Shown here: one piece after another, positions 9,815-20,656 of the stretch | How the letters are laid out: each line of letters starts with the position of its first letter | Position numbering within the stretch: position 1 is the first letter of the stretch | Source: an uncultured Acidobacteriaceae bacterium | Lineage (GTDB): Bacteria > Acidobacteriota > Terriglobia > Terriglobales > Acidobacteriaceae | Assembly: GCA_963794365.1 (NCBI GenBank) | Contig: CAWCDV010000018.1 | Coordinates: 20,374-84,373 of the forward strand | Length of the DNA stretch: 64,000 bases | Reading direction: 5' to 3' | Notes under the pieces: model-generated | Databases searched by the model: none | The model's input: the letters and a program-made list of their open reading frames with translations, nothing else | What the model was told of the DNA's origin: nothing | Translations under genes and position numbers: made by a program

Positions 9815-10768
9815 CTACTGCTGGGGCGTCGGCGCTGGGGTCTGCGGAGTTTGCGTTTGAAGGCCTTGGTTTTGACCGCTGTTCGGCGCTAGACCCTGGT
9901 CCTTGTCCGAATCCTTGTCCGAATCCACCTTGCGCCGGCGGAGTTCCAGTCAGTCCGGGAGTGGCGCCGTTTAAGTTCGGAGTCGGGCATACCAGGATTC
10001 ACCGGGCCGGTCAGCGTGCCGCCGCGGTCGAGCGCGGCATCGTAAATGAAGAGCCAGTCGTTGTAATGGTTCTTGCCGTAAAACACGCGAATGGTCTTAT
10101 CTTTCTTGTTCGTGCTGGCGACCCCCAGGATCGGTCCTCCGCCGAACGTCGGCCCGTTCAAGCCGGAACTGGAATCTGGAACTCGAGATGATTGACCCGA
10201 AGATCGGATTGCTGGAATCACCATTCGAATTCTGCACGCCGCCCGTCTGTTGGAATCGCCCCCCTGCATCGCGCCGCCCAACACTCGCCTGTAGGGTCGC
10301 GAGCTCGCTTGCTCCCTGTCCGTTGTCCCTGCGGTCCGCTTGGTCCCCGGGGCCATTCAGGCCAGGCGTTGGTCCCAATACCGGCCCGGCGTTTAAGTGA
10401 TGTCGGTCTGATGGCAGGAATTTGAAGTCCTTCTCCTTGCCCGTGGCCCGGTCAATGTGAGCGGATCCTTATAGCGCTTGCGAATGAAACGGAGGTTGTT
10501 GGTGTTCTCCAGTTCCTCGATGCGGTTCGGGATAGCGTCCGAATTTCTTGTAGAAATGTTGAATCGCGCGCATGTACGCCGTGCCCCGATGCACCATCTC
10601 CTCTTCGCGGTCGCGCTGGACCTGCTGGCCAATGTCGGGGAGCACGGCGAGCATCGCAATCGTCATCAGCGCCAGGGCCAGCATCAGCGTGATCAGCATG
10701 TAGCCGCGCTGGGGATTTTGCAATTTTGTAATTTGTAATTTTGTAACTTTCAAACCACGATGCCGCAT
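9815..10768 (-). pseudogene. Pseudopilin / type II secretion GspG-like protein, frame-disrupted (at least 4 slips)
   Basis: N-terminus QRGYMLITLMLALALMTIAMLAV...HRGTAYMRAIQHFYKKFGRYP (10469..10768), then RIEELENTNNLRFIRKRYKDPLTLTG (10393..10659), then GKEKDFKFL... (10097..10378 frame). Next comes ILGVASTNKKDKTIRVFYGKNHYNDWLFIYD (9889..10356), followed by a Q/T/P-rich tail. The 3' end is either 9815 or 9798. Confidence 0.55.
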
Positions 10769-10823
10769 AACCGTTCACTCGCCTTCCAATTACCAAATTA
10801 CCAGATTACACAATTACCAATTA
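10716..10823. repeat. Mirrored tandem-repeat hairpin built from the AATTACMAA word
   Basis: Left arm tttgcaattttgtaatttgtaattttgtaac and right arm ccaattaccaaattaccagattacacaattaccaatt are reverse complements in several registers. The same word family recurs at 40892-41018. Confidence 0.8.
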
Positions 10824-11395
10824 GCTACGCCTTTATCCCGGAGCCCTTTTATCGGCAGGCTCTGCCGGTTATTGTTCAGCACATCTTCCACGTCCACCGC
10901 GGTCGGCCGAAATGTGCAGAACGCGATAGCGCCGGTCCACGATGTCGCCTTCAGCCGCGATAAAAACGTCTTCGCCCTGGGACAGGAACACTTTCTTCGC
11001 CTCCCCGGGCTTGTTGGCAAAGCCAAAGAACTTGAGCGTGATCGGCGGCGGCGGCGGAATGCTGGCGGAGGAGCATGAAGGCTGGCATCGATTCTTTGCT
11101 TCGTCGGTGCCGTTCCTTGGGCCTTTCGATGGGCACCGAGCCCGCCACAAAAATATTTCTTCCATTGCCCGCGTACTTGATCTCCTCGCTGTGGTGGAGC
11201 GAATCAGGTCGAGCGTCGGATCCAGGCGCGGCTCGGTCACCGGCACAAGTTTTCCGGAAGCCGTGCGCCGCATGTTCGGCTTCGCCGGCGTCGCTCCCGC
11301 TGACGCCTGCGATACCGGCGCCGCCGATGGCCGAGGGCCAGAAGGTCATAGCGCCAGCAGCAGCAGCGCCAGCCCGCCCAACACGGCCAGCATGA
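10814..11395 (-). pseudogene. Small exported protein downstream of pilO (PilP-like position), frame-disrupted
   Basis: Signal-anchor IMLAVLGGLALLLLAL, then KLVPVTEPRLDPTLDLI, EEIKYAGNGRNIFVAGSVPIE, ITLKFFGFANKPGEAKKVFLSQGEDVFIAAEGDIVDRRYRVLHIS and AVDVEDVLNNNRQSLPI, spread over three frames. The function is assigned from gene position only. Confidence 0.4.
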
Positions 11396-11428
11396 TCACT
11401 TGCTTCGGTTTTCGGTTCCCAGTTTCAC

Positions 11429-11975
11429 TTAAGCACCTGAACGCAGATAACTGTGCATGCTGACTTGCAGCTTCACCGGCCCTGCGCCTTCGCCCGCCAG
11501 GTCCACGCTGTCCACGGTAATGAACAGTTTCGAACGCTCCAGCGAGTTGATGAAGCGCACCAGTTGCAGGTAGTCCCCGGAGAAATTGCCATCGATCACG
11601 ACCGGAACGATCAGGCCGGAGCTCTCCGCATCTTCCTGCTTGTATTTTGCCTGCTGGATCTTGACGCCGCTCTCCGTCGCCAGTTTGCCCAGTTCGTTGG
11701 CAATATCGGAATCCTGCGCCGCAAAACGATCCTTGTAAAATTGCGGAATCTCGATCTTTGGCCAGGGCGATTTTCTTATCCATGCCTCGCAAAGGTTCGA
11801 CCTCGTGCGTTTTTCATTGTCAGTTCCGCCGCCAGTTGATTCATTTGCAGGCGGCGCGATTCCGCCGAACCCACCAGCGGCGAGAACAGCAACCGCCACT
11901 GCGATGACATCGATCGCCACCATCACCGCGATGGCAATTTTCAAGTTGCGGCGGGAATGCTGCAGGTCCGGCCAT
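11429..11975 (-). pseudogene. pilO: Type IV pilus assembly protein PilO, frame-disrupted (about 4 slips in the first 300 nt)
   Basis: The ATG overlaps the pilN stop (TAATG). Segments are NLKIAIAVMVAIDVIAVAVAVL, FSPLVGSAESRRLQMNQLAAEL, HEVEPLRGMDKKIALAKD, then IPQFYKDRFAAQDSDIANELGKLA...VVIDGNFSGDYLQLVRFINSLERSKLFITVDSVDL (11429..11944). Confidence 0.7.
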
Positions 11976-12562
11976 TACTTCCCGCTCCTGTCTGCCGCAT
12001 CGGGAACATAGATCGCGACCACCGTCGCGATCACCGACGTCCGCGTCTCCCCTGCCTGCGCTTCCGACACCAGTTGCGCTCCCTGAAAATGTTTGGAGCC
12101 TTCCATGCGGTGGACCAGTTCCACCGCCGCGGCGCGCGTGTCGCCCACGACTCTCATTTCCAGTTCCATCTGGTTCTGCTCATTCAATTCCGGACGCAGC
12201 GAGACCACATGCAGGCTCGATTCGGCATCACGCGCTCCAGATCTTCAAACACGCGCGTCCAGGAAAACGCCTTGCGCTGGATCAGTCCATTCAGGAACTG
12301 CGACTGGTCCCGCGTGCTGCGGTTGGCGGCCATTTCCAGGAAGGCTTGCGCCTTGGCCCGCTCTTTGTCGCGTTCCGCGATCTGTGCCTGCAACTGCGCG
12401 ATGGCATGGCGATCTCTTCCGGCGTTGACTCCAGCCGCGGATGGTCAAGCCCAGCAGGACCAGCGTCAACAGGCCAAGCAGTCCCACGCCCAGTCCCCAG
12501 CGCGACCAGAATTCCCGGGCATCCTCGTAGGGCCGGGTTGCGAGATTGAGATCGAGGCGCAT
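11975..12562 (-). pseudogene. pilN: Type IV pilus assembly protein PilN, frame-disrupted (2 slips)
   Basis: MRLDLNLATRPYEDAREFWSRWGLGVGLLGLLTLVLLGL (12245..12562), then AQIAERDKERAKAQAFLEMAANRSTRDQSQFLNGLIQRKAFSWTRVFEDLERVMP (12184..12393), then VSLRPELNEQNQMELEMRVVGDT... (11975..12208). Confidence 0.75.
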
Positions 12563-12589
12563 ATTTATGAAATCACAATGAACAACCGT

Positions 12590-12651
12590 GCTCTTAGCTT
12601 TTCGCTCTTCGCTCTTGGCCTTAAGAGCTAAGAGCTAACAGCGAAGAGCGG
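12590..12651. repeat. Mirrored tandem-repeat hairpin built from the GCTMTTMGC / GCTAAGAGC word
   Basis: gctcttagcttttcgctcttcgctcttggcc | ttaagagctaagagctaacagcgaagagc lies between the pilM stop and the pilN start. Confidence 0.8.
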
Positions 12652-12652
12652 T

Positions 12653-13554
12653 TTACGAAATCAATGCTCCCACCACGCCCGCCATGCGCCAGCGCGGAAC
12701 CGTGCCGGTTGTGGAGCCGATTTGCGACGAGGTCACCAGTTCCTCGACCTGCGCGCCCGACTGCGCTTTCAGCGCCGGCGCCGCGCCACCCGCTTCCGGC
12801 AGCCCCGCCACATACACGCGCTCAATGTTCAGGTGGTAAGTGTCCTGGAAAAACACCACCGAGGGATAGACTTCTTCCGCCAGTTGATCGCCGGTGATGG
12901 TTACTCCCCGCACATTTTCCAGCGTGCGGAACAGCAGCAGTTGCTCCTGATCGAGAATCGCGATGCTGATGGTGCGCGCGTCCACCTTGACCACCAGCGT
13001 TGGCCGTTCCGCGTCCGCGGCCCCGAGCGCCGCCAGCATCGACGGCATGACCACTCCCGGGTTGTAGCCCGCGTCGCGAAACGCCGATTCATACTCCTCG
13101 AGAACGCTTGTTCAGAACCACCGCCGCCACCGCCCGCATGCCTTTGCCCGCCGTCTGCGCGTGATAGGAAATCCGCGCATCGGCTGAGATCAAAAGGCAG
13201 CGACTTCTTCAGCCGGAAGCGGACCACGGCTTCGGCCTCGTCCCGTTTCGAAGGGAGCGTTTCAAAATCCAGCAGCACGACGCGCACCGAGGTATCGGGC
13301 AGAATCGCGATCACGTCGCGCGACCGCCCGCCGACGCTGCCCAGCGTGCTTTCAATCGCCTGCCGGATCGCGGCGCCATCCCGCAGATTGGCTTCCATCA
13401 GATCGGGCACCACCGTGCCCGGCGCCAGTTCCCGCGCCGACGACATTTCCACCATCCGCCCCGTATCGGCGGCGCGGCCCGCCAGAACGCGGTCCGCCGC
13501 GATTTCGCAGGCGAGCGTGGGACGGCGAGCGTGTTTGGACGTGGAAGTCATCAT
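12653..13554 (-). pseudogene. pilM: Type IV pilus assembly ATPase-like protein PilM, frame-disrupted (at least 2 slips)
   Basis: N-terminal half MMTSTSKHARRPTLACEIAADRVLAGR...VIAILPDTSVRVVLLDFETLPSKRDEAEAVVRFRLKKSLPFD (12901..13554). C-terminal half PTLVVKVDARTISIAILDQEQLLLFRTLENV...VYVAGLPEAGG (12653..13054). Confidence 0.75.
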
Positions 13555-13768
13555 CGGTTCGGCTGATCGAAATTACCTCTGCTTCGGCGCTCGGCTCGGG
13601 AATCGGCAGCCGGTCTTCTTTCAGCCCATCCAGGTGAAACTCGATTGCTTCCTGAATCAAAGAGCGAACTTCGGTTCGGGTTCGGCCGGTGGTCACCACT
13701 CCTGGCAGGTCGGGAACATAGGCCGCCCAGCCGGTCTCGGATTTTTCGTAAACAACAACGTAGTTCAA
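13555..13768 (-). CDS. hicB: HicB-family antitoxin part, read in frame with hicA in this assembly; 3' end uncertain
   Basis: LNYVVVYEKSETGWAAYVPDLPGVVTTGRTRTEVRSLIQEAIEFHLDGLKEDRLPIPEP is a typical HicB N-domain. The listed ORF 13352..13954 continues 200 nt into pilM out of frame, so the real stop is probably near 13555. Confidence 0.7.
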
Positions 13769-13954
13769 TGGTTTCAATCCTGCTTGTTTGAGGACGCTGT
13801 TCAGAGTGCCCGGGGGAAGATCGTCATTCGGATGCCCCGGCAACGTGACACGTCCTGCCTTCATCGGATGCTTGTATTGCCGATGACTTCCGCGTGTTTG
13901 TTTCAGATACCAGCCATCCCGCTCCAGCAACTTGATGATATCCCGTACTTTCAT
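13769..13954 (-). CDS. hicA: HicA-family mRNA interferase toxin part
   Basis: MKVRDIIKLLERDGWYLKQTRGSHRQYKHPMKAGRVTLPGHPNDDLPPGTLNSVLKQAGLKP, 62 aa, is a canonical HicA. There is no stop before the HicB part. Confidence 0.8.
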
Positions 13955-13985
13955 GAAGAGAACAGTTACCTTGGGGATGCTCGGA

Positions 13986-15705
13986 CTAGCACTCCCGTGC
14001 CACGCTCCGGTAATCGTCCCTGCTACCGCATGTCTCGATAAAGGTGACCTTGTTGATTTCCTTCAGAGTGGTCGACTCCGCTCGCGCACCTTATCCAGCG
14101 CCGATTCCCGCAGGAAGCGCATGCCCTCTTCCCGGGCAGCGCTCCGGATTTCCGATGTCGGTTTCTGCTCCAAAATCATCTCCCGGATCCGGTCGGTCAA
14201 ATCCAGCAGTTCATGAATCGCCGTCCGGCCGCGGAATCCAGTGCCCGCGCACTCGATGCAACCCTGTCCTTCATACAAGGGAACCTGCGACCCACTTGCG
14301 GATCGAGGCCGCTCGCCTCGAGCACCTCGTTCGGATAATGCACCGCCGTCCGGCAGGAATCGCAAATGATGCGCACCAGCCGCTGCGCCAGAATGCAGTT
14401 CAGCGCCGAAACAAAGTTGTAAGGCTCGACGCCCATGTTCAGGAAGCGCCCCAGCACGTCGACCACGTTATTGGCGTGGACGGTGGTGAACACCAGGTGT
14501 CCGGTCAGCGCCGACTGGATGGCGATCTGCGCCGTTTCGTTGTCGCGGATTTCGCCCACCATGATCTTGTCCGGGTCGTGACGCAAAATGGAACGCAGAC
14601 CGCGGGCAAAGGTCAGGCCCTTTTTTTCGTTGACCGGAATCTGGGTGATGCCGCGCAATTGATACTCGACCGGATCTTCAATGGTGATGATCTTGTCTTC
14701 GTCGGTCTTGATCTCGTTGACCGCGGCGTAGAGCGTCGTCGTTTTGCCGCTGCCCGTCGGCCCGGTGACCAGCACCATGCCGTAGGGTTCCTTGATGTAG
14801 CGGCGGAAGCGGCGCAGATCGACTTCGTCGAACCCCACCACGTCGAGCGTGAGCTTCTTGAACTTCTCGCTCATCGACTCCTTGTCGAGCACGCGGAGCA
14901 CGGCGTCTTCGCCGTGGATCGACGGCATGATGGAAACGCGGAAGTCGATGGCGCGCCCGTTGTACTTCACGCGGAAGCGGCCGTCCTGGGGCACGCGGCG
15001 CTCGGAAATATCGAGCTCGCTCATGACCTTGATGCGCGAAATGATGGTCGAGTGATGCTCTTTGCCGATGGGCGGCATGGCGTTGGTGAGCACGCCGTCA
15101 ATACGGAACTTGATGACCACCGAGTCGTCGCGCGTCTCGATGTGAATGTCGCTCGCCCGCCGCTGCAACGCGGTGAAAATCGTGGTGTCGACCAGGCGGA
15201 TGATCGGGCTCATGTCGCTGCCCGCCGTCGCCGTCAACTTGTCGATCGAGATGGTCTCGTCGTTCCCGGCTTCGTCCTCGCGGATCACGTCGAGCGTGAA
15301 TCCTTCGCTGGCGTCTTCCAGCACGCGCTTGGACTGCTCGGTCTTCTTGAGGATGTCGGAGATCTGCTTGAGCGTCGAAACTTTGGTGACGATCCGCTTG
15401 CCCAGCAGCAGGCTGATCTCGTCGATCATCATCAACTGGCTGGGATCGGCAATGGCAATCGCCAGCCGCCCGTCCGGCGTCTCATCCAGCGGCACGAAGT
15501 TATAGCGGAACATCAGGTGCACCGGGATCTTCTCGAACAGATCATGGTGCAGTTGGAAATCGCTCAGGTCGACGAATTCGCAACGGTAGCGCCGCGCGAT
15601 ATCCCGCGCGCGCTCCAGTTCGTCGGGAACCGATGCCGGTTCCGGCACCAGCTTCCCGCCATTCGCGCCGCTTACCACTACTGTTTTCTTATCCGCCATG
15701 CCCAT
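13986..15705 (-). pseudogene. pilB: Type IV pilus assembly ATPase PilB (GspE family), frame-disrupted near the 3' end (2 slips)
   Basis: Fragment 14197..15705 has Walker A VLVTGPTGSGKTTTLYA, ITIEDPVEY, MVGEIRD and TGHLVFTTVHAN. The zinc-finger part GCIECAGTGFRGRTAIHELL is in the 14063..14365 frame. The final TTLKEINKVTFIE is in a third frame ending at 13986. Confidence 0.85.
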
Positions 15706-15798
15706 TCCAGTCTACAGCCTCTGACCCCAGAGCTTTCAGTTGCGGCGGTTCGGACACGGATTGCAAGCCCTGAAACTCTGCAACCAGACCTGTGCTAC

Positions 15799-17011
15799 TT
15801 AGTGCACGTTGGCTCCCAAGGTAAAAATCGGCATATACAAAGAAATCAGGATCCCGCCGACAAACACCGCCATGACGATCAGGATCAGCGGCTCAATCAG
15901 CGCCATGGCTGCGCCCAGCGCCGTCTGCACGTCTTCTTCGTAAAACTCCGCCACCGAACCCAGCATGGCCGGCAGCGCTCCCGTCGATTCGCCCACCTCC
16001 AGCATTTCCACCGCAAGATCGGGAAACAGCTTCTGTGCCTCCAGGCTCTGGGCCAGGCCCTGTCCTTCGCTCACCCGCTCGGCCGCGGCGATGATCCCGT
16101 TCAGCATCTGCCGGCTGGTCATCGATTCGCCGGCCGTTTCCATCGCCGGCACCAGCGGCAAACCGCCCTGCAGCAACGTGGCCAGAATGCGCGAGAAATT
16201 CGCCACCTGGTACTTCAGCCGGATTTCCCCGACCAGCGGCAGCGACAGCAGAAACTGGTCGATACGCTCGGCTCCCCGGTCGCTTTGCTTCCACCGCAAC
16301 ATCAGAAAGACTCCGACCGCCAGCGACCAACGCCACCAGCCACCCATACTTCTGCGCGTTCAAGCCCACCGACAGCATGAACACCGTGATCGCCGGAAGC
16401 TCCGCCCCCAGGTTGTTGAACAGGTCGGCAAACTTTGGCACCACGTAGGTGATCAGAAAAATCAGCATCACCGTCACCACCGAAACCAGCAGCGCCGGAT
16501 ACACCAGTGAAACCAGCAGCTTCTTGCGGAAAGTCTGCACCATCCGCTGATACGCGATGTAGCGGCTCAGAACTTCTTCCATGTTGCCGCTCTTCTCTCC
16601 CGCCATCAGCGTGGTCGTGTACATTTTCGGAAAAACCTGCTGGGCGGCGAAGGCATCCGACAGCAACTCGCCGCCTTTTACCCGCTCCCGAACGTTTTCC
16701 AGCAGCTGCAGCAGAAACTTGTCCCGCTGCCGCTTGATCAAAAGATCAAGCGACGTCAGGATCGGCAGTCCCGCCTTAATCAGCGTCAGAAACTGCTGGT
16801 TGAAGATCAGAAACGCAGACTGCTTCAGCTTGCCGCTACGCCGCCCGAACTGGCCCCCGCCCGTGCTGAGCATGGTCCGGGGCTTGACCCAGTACACCAG
16901 GTATCCCTGCTGGGTGAACCGGTCGTGGACCTCGGCTTCGGAATGGCCCTGTTCCACCTGCTGCCGCAGATGGCCCTGTTCGTCGGCGACTTTGACCAGG
17001 AATTGTGCCAT
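15799..17011 (-). pseudogene. pilC: Type IV pilus platform protein PilC (GspF family), one frame slip near 16330-16350
   Basis: 15893..17011 carries the first GspF repeat (FNQQFLTLIKAGLPILTSLDLL...). 15799..16347 carries the second (LATLLQGGLPLVPAMETAGES...ISLYMPIFTLGANVH). Confidence 0.85.
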
Positions 17012-17161
17012 TCGCTATCGTCTGCTTCCGAGTTTCTGGTTTTGTCCCGTATTGAACGTCTTAGTCAAGTGTAACATTCTGTTCCCAAAGCCCTTACCCC
17101 AACCAGTCCATTCGTGTGGTACGCAAGTAACCGCGTCCAATTCCGCGTGATGAGCCACATA

Positions 17162-17217
17162 GTGGAGCGACGGGCGTCTCGCCCCTCCAGCCGGGCGGGG
17201 ACGCCCGGCTCTCCACC
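17162..17217. repeat. REP-like palindrome, family B
   Basis: gtggagcgacgggcgtctcgcccctccagccgggcggggacgcccggctctccac. A second, expanded copy lies at 29271-29362. Confidence 0.8.
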
Positions 17218-17241
17218 AGCAAAGTCAACGCAACGTTCTAG

Positions 17242-17927
17242 CTACGGTGTCAATTCTCCTTCCACCGTCTCCACGCCCGGGGGAGGGCTGAACTCAAAGC
17301 GGCTGTCGCTCAACTCCAGATTCTCTTTCCAGCCCGCAAAGCGGAACTCGGTCGTCGCCCCGTCCGCTTCCATCAATACGATGCGGACAATCTGGTCGGA
17401 AGGTGTGATCTCCAGTTGCACCTCGCTGACTTGGTCTGCCATGCTCTGCGAAACGATGCTCTGCGGAACCCCGCGCAAGAGGGTGTTGCCGGGGTCCAGG
17501 GGGGATTGATCCACAGCTTTCGAAAGCCCTCGTAATTCATTCTCCAGCTTGGTCTTACCGAGCAAAAATGCCACCGGTGACCGCACAGTCGTCGAGCTTT
17601 CGCAGGGCCGTCTTCCTGAGTTGCCGTTCCGCCGGCAGGTAGAACCACACCGCCTGGCCGTCGCTGATAAACAGCTTCTCATTCGGAGAACGGTATTCCC
17701 ACCGCATCTTGCGCGGCTTTTTCAGCCACAGGGTGCCCGATTCCACCCGCTCCGGACCATCGCCCCGATAGATCTCGGTGAAGTCCGATTCGCAGGCTGC
17801 GCAGGTGGTTGTAGTGGTCGTCCACCGCCCGGGCGAGCTGACTCACATCCTGTGCCCGAGCAAACAGTGTGAAGCCGGGGGGCGAGAGCGCCACCATCAG
17901 CAGCCAGCGAAACAGTCGATTCCTCAC
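17242..17927 (-). pseudogene. lolA: Outer-membrane lipoprotein carrier LolA-like protein, frame-disrupted (at least 2 slips)
   Basis: Signal peptide from GTG 17927: VRNRLFRWLLMVALSPPGFTLFARAQDVSQLARAVDDHYNHLRSL (17679..18185). Then SGTLWLKKPRKMRWEYRSPNEKLFISDGQAVWFYLPAERQ (17555..17746), then FLLGKTKLENE...FRFAGWKENLELSDSRFEFSPPPGVE (17242..17682). Confidence 0.65.
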
Positions 17928-18067
17928 GTCGCGGTGGATTCCCCTATTCGTGATTTTACTCCGCTCCGACTTAGTCGGCGACAGTCGATTCGGCAGGTGG
18001 GGGTGGCCTTCGCTCTTCTGGAATGCACATCCGCTCCCCTTCCTTCCTTCATGAAAAGGAAATGAAT

Positions 18068-18811
18068 TCAGCTCTTGGTGTCCAAGGCCCGGAAGACGGC
18101 GTATTGCTCCGTTCCGCCGGCTCTCACCAGCGCCCGCGACGCCGCCAGGATGCGGCCCATCGCCGGGTTGTGATACACGATCCAAACCGGCCTTGGCGAA
18201 TGTTCCAAAGACTGCTCAAGATTTCGAATCACCCGCCGCAAGCCCGTCTCCGGCAGCGGATTGAACAAATACAATGCCAGCGGCGTTTCCGGAAGGACAA
18301 AGTCGCAGGCGTCCGCGCAGACCGCCTCGATCTGCTTGCACTGCTGGGTTGCGGAATGGTACGCGCGAATATTTTCCTCCGCCGCGCGATGCAGTTCGGC
18401 GATCAACTCCACGCCCACAATTCTCCGAAACGGATACTCCGAAGCCATCAGCAGCGTCCGTCCCTTGCCGGAACCAAGATCGACGAAGGTGAATTGATCG
18501 AACGCGATGGGCAGGCTCGCCATCATCTCCCGAAACAGAGCCGGGTCGGTTGGTTGGTAAGCAGAATGAAACAAACCCAGCAGGCGCGCGCGCCAGCCCA
18601 CCGTGCCGCTGGTGGTGTTGACGCGATGCTCCCAGTCGTACTCCATGTCGCCATAGCGCCGCCGCCGACGCTCGGGCGTCGATTCGCGCACAAAGGTCCA
18701 CAGATTCTGGATCAACAAGGAAGCCGCGCTCCAGGCCCCGTTCTCGCGCGCCTGCTCGCGCCACCAACTTCGGAGAGCGCTCCAGAATGGTTGAGGGAAA
18801 TCTGAAGACAC
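18068..18811 (-). CDS. Class I SAM-dependent methyltransferase
   Basis: 247-aa intact ORF with SAM motif I FVDLGSGKGRTLLMA and ...RIVGVELIAELHRAAEENI. Confidence 0.75.
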   Translation of the reverse strand: MSSDFPQPFWSALRSWWREQARENGAWSAASLLIQNLWTFVRESTPERRRRRYGDMEYDWEHRVNTTSGTVGWRARLLGLFHSAYQPTDPALFREMMASLPIAFDQFTFVDLGSGKGRTLLMASEYPFRRIVGVELIAELHRAAEENIRAYHSATQQCKQIEAVCADACDFVLPETPLALYLFNPLPETGLRRVIRNLEQSLEHSPRPVWIVYHNPAMGRILAASRALVRAGGTEQYAVFRALDTKS

Positions 18812-18820
18812 GCAAGGATG

Positions 18821-19847
18821 CTAACAACATGGAGAAACCGCTGTTAGCTCTTGGCCTTTGGCTTTAGATGAGCTAAGAGCTGAATAGCCAAAAGCCAAAA
18901 GCGCTGATTCAATCGATTTACTGACTCGGGTCGAGTGCAGCGGTTGCGGCGGGGCTGCGCCCGGCGGAAGGCCCTTGGTGATAAAGAAAATGCTCTCCGG
19001 ATCCTGCACTTCGATCCGCCCATCCGGCATCAACTTGTACGGTCGTCCTTTCGGATCGGCAGGCGTCCCATGGATAAAGCCCGCGCGCTCCAGGTCGCCC
19101 ATGCTGGCCGGTAATCGTCCAGTTTGTTCCCGGTACTTTTCGACCACCTGCTCCAGCCGCGTCACGTCCTCATCCACCTGGAGGGCGAGCAAATGCTGGA
19201 CCGCATTGTCCCGGATACTGTGCGTCTTTGGTGCTCTCGTAAGTCGTGCGCCACAACATGCGCGCCGTATCGAATTCGCCCGCATGCTGCGCCATCCGCG
19301 CCGCCAGGATGGGCATGAATTCGTTAGTCACCGGAAGCTTCGCTCCCTGCGCAAAAGCGTCCGCCGCCTTGGCGTAGTCCTTGAACTCGGTGTAGTACAG
19401 AAATCCCAGGTTGTAGTAGAGCCGCCACTGGCCGGGATTGTGCTCGATTCCGTACTTCATCAGGAAGAGCGCGGACCCCGGCAATCCAGCGCCGTTGGGT
19501 GGTTTTGGAGCCAGAAAGTTGGCCCCAAACTGGTAAGCCGGCAACAGCTTCGGATCCAGTTCCGTCGTGACTTCGAGCAGCGGCGCGAGCAAGCGGAAAT
19601 CGCTGGAACCATTGTGATGCCGTTCCCCGAAATACTGCACCGCGCGCGTCCAATAAATGTCGGCCAGCAGGCCGGTGTAGCCGAGGCTCATGCGCCGCAG
19701 CACCGTGGAAGAGCGCACATAAAGCGCTTCCTGCGCTACCGCTCCCCGCCGTGTGTGGTCGATGGCATAGAGCGTCGCGATTGCGCCCGCCATGGAAAAC
19801 AAGAGCACAGCGGTCGCCACCAGGTTCGCCCGTCGCGTGGCCTTCAT
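18821..19847 (-). pseudogene. Membrane-anchored TPR-like protein, third gene of the ABC-2 operon; one slip near 19170-19290
   Basis: The ATG at 19847 overlaps the permease stop (ATGA). MKATRRANLVATAVLLFSMAGAIATLYAI...WRLYYNLGFLYYTEFKDYAKAADAFAQG is the tail of ORF 19170..21635. It continues as VQHLLALQVDEDVTRLEQVVEKYREQTGRLPASMGDLERAGF in 18821..19285. The last codons run into the repeat at 18844-18905. Confidence 0.6.
18844..18905. repeat. Mirrored tandem-repeat hairpin built from the GCTAAGAGC / GCCAAAAGC word
   Basis: ttagctcttggcctttggctttag ... gagctaagagctgaatagccaaaagccaaaagcgc. Confidence 0.75.
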
Positions 19848-20656
19848 TTCAGATCCCGGCGCTGGAAGATCAACACCGCTCCCGAGATGGCCATCGCCGA
19901 ATAGAGCAGCGCGTAAACGCTGTTGTAGAGAATCAGTCGCCCGGGAATAGCGTCGCCGTGCGCCACCTGGCCGATCACGTTCAACGCGGAAAAATTCGGC
20001 ACCAGATAGGCGACGGCCGTCGCGATCCATCCCCCGACCCCCTGGGTGATTCTGGCAAAGCCGCGCAGATCCTCCGCCAGACTTCCGATCACGAACAACG
20101 CGAAGGTGAAAACCGCCGACATAAGTGGCGTCGAAAAGGACGAGAAAAACAGCGCCAGCGCGCACACGATCAGAAACTGCAGAACGATGAAATACAGCGC
20201 CACCAATACCCACGCGTCCATCTTCTCGAATCGGTGCGCGACATAGAGCAGCGCCAGAAACACGCCGACCGCCATGAGGAACGTGTTCACCACCAAGGTT
20301 CCCGTGAGCCCAAAGAACTTGCCCACCACGAACTCCCAGCGGCGAACCGGGCGCGACAGCACGGTGTACAGCGTGCGTTTGTCGATCTCCTTCGAAACCA
20401 GGCCAATCCCGATGAAGATGGCGATCACCACTCCGAACAGCGACACCGCCGTCAACCCCAGGTTGACCACCACCAGGCGCTCGATGTCGATCGAAATTTC
20501 CCCCACCAGAATCGCGGCCCCGGAAAGCAGCAGCGCAAATGCGATCAGGTTGTACAGAACCCGGTCGCGCACGGCCTCGCGAAAGGTGTTGAAGGCGATA
20601 TAACCGATCCTTGCGTTCGCACTCGTGGCGTTCGCACTCATACGAGCGGAGTTCAC
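19844..20656 (-). CDS. ABC-2 type transporter permease
   Basis: 270-aa intact ORF with six hydrophobic segments and ...SKEIDKRTLYTVLSRPVRRWEFVVGKF..., typical of ABC-2/NosY-like permeases. The start may be the ATG at 20641. Confidence 0.8.
   Translation of the reverse strand: MNSARMSANATSANARIGYIAFNTFREAVRDRVLYNLIAFALLLSGAAILVGEISIDIERLVVVNLGLTAVSLFGVVIAIFIGIGLVSKEIDKRTLYTVLSRPVRRWEFVVGKFFGLTGTLVVNTFLMAVGVFLALLYVAHRFEKMDAWVLVALYFIVLQFLIVCALALFFSSFSTPLMSAVFTFALFVIGSLAEDLRGFARITQGVGGWIATAVAYLVPNFSALNVIGQVAHGDAIPGRLILYNSVYALLYSAMAISGAVLIFQRRDLK

Noticed and set aside
10716-10823. Possible CRISPR array (also considered for 40892-41018, 58201-58317 and 6298-6475)
   Set aside because: The repeat units are only 7-15 nt and directly abut each other. 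There are no spacers, the units occur as inverted arms, and no cas genes are present.
12722-14041. 439-aa plus-strand ORF
   Set aside because: It lies antisense to pilM and hicAB and is arginine-rich with no motifs.
14044-16380. 778-aa ORF on the plus strand
   Set aside because: It lies antisense to pilB and pilC. Its composition is dominated by R, H, D, A and G with no recognisable motifs. This is the usual stop-free antisense frame of high-GC coding DNA.
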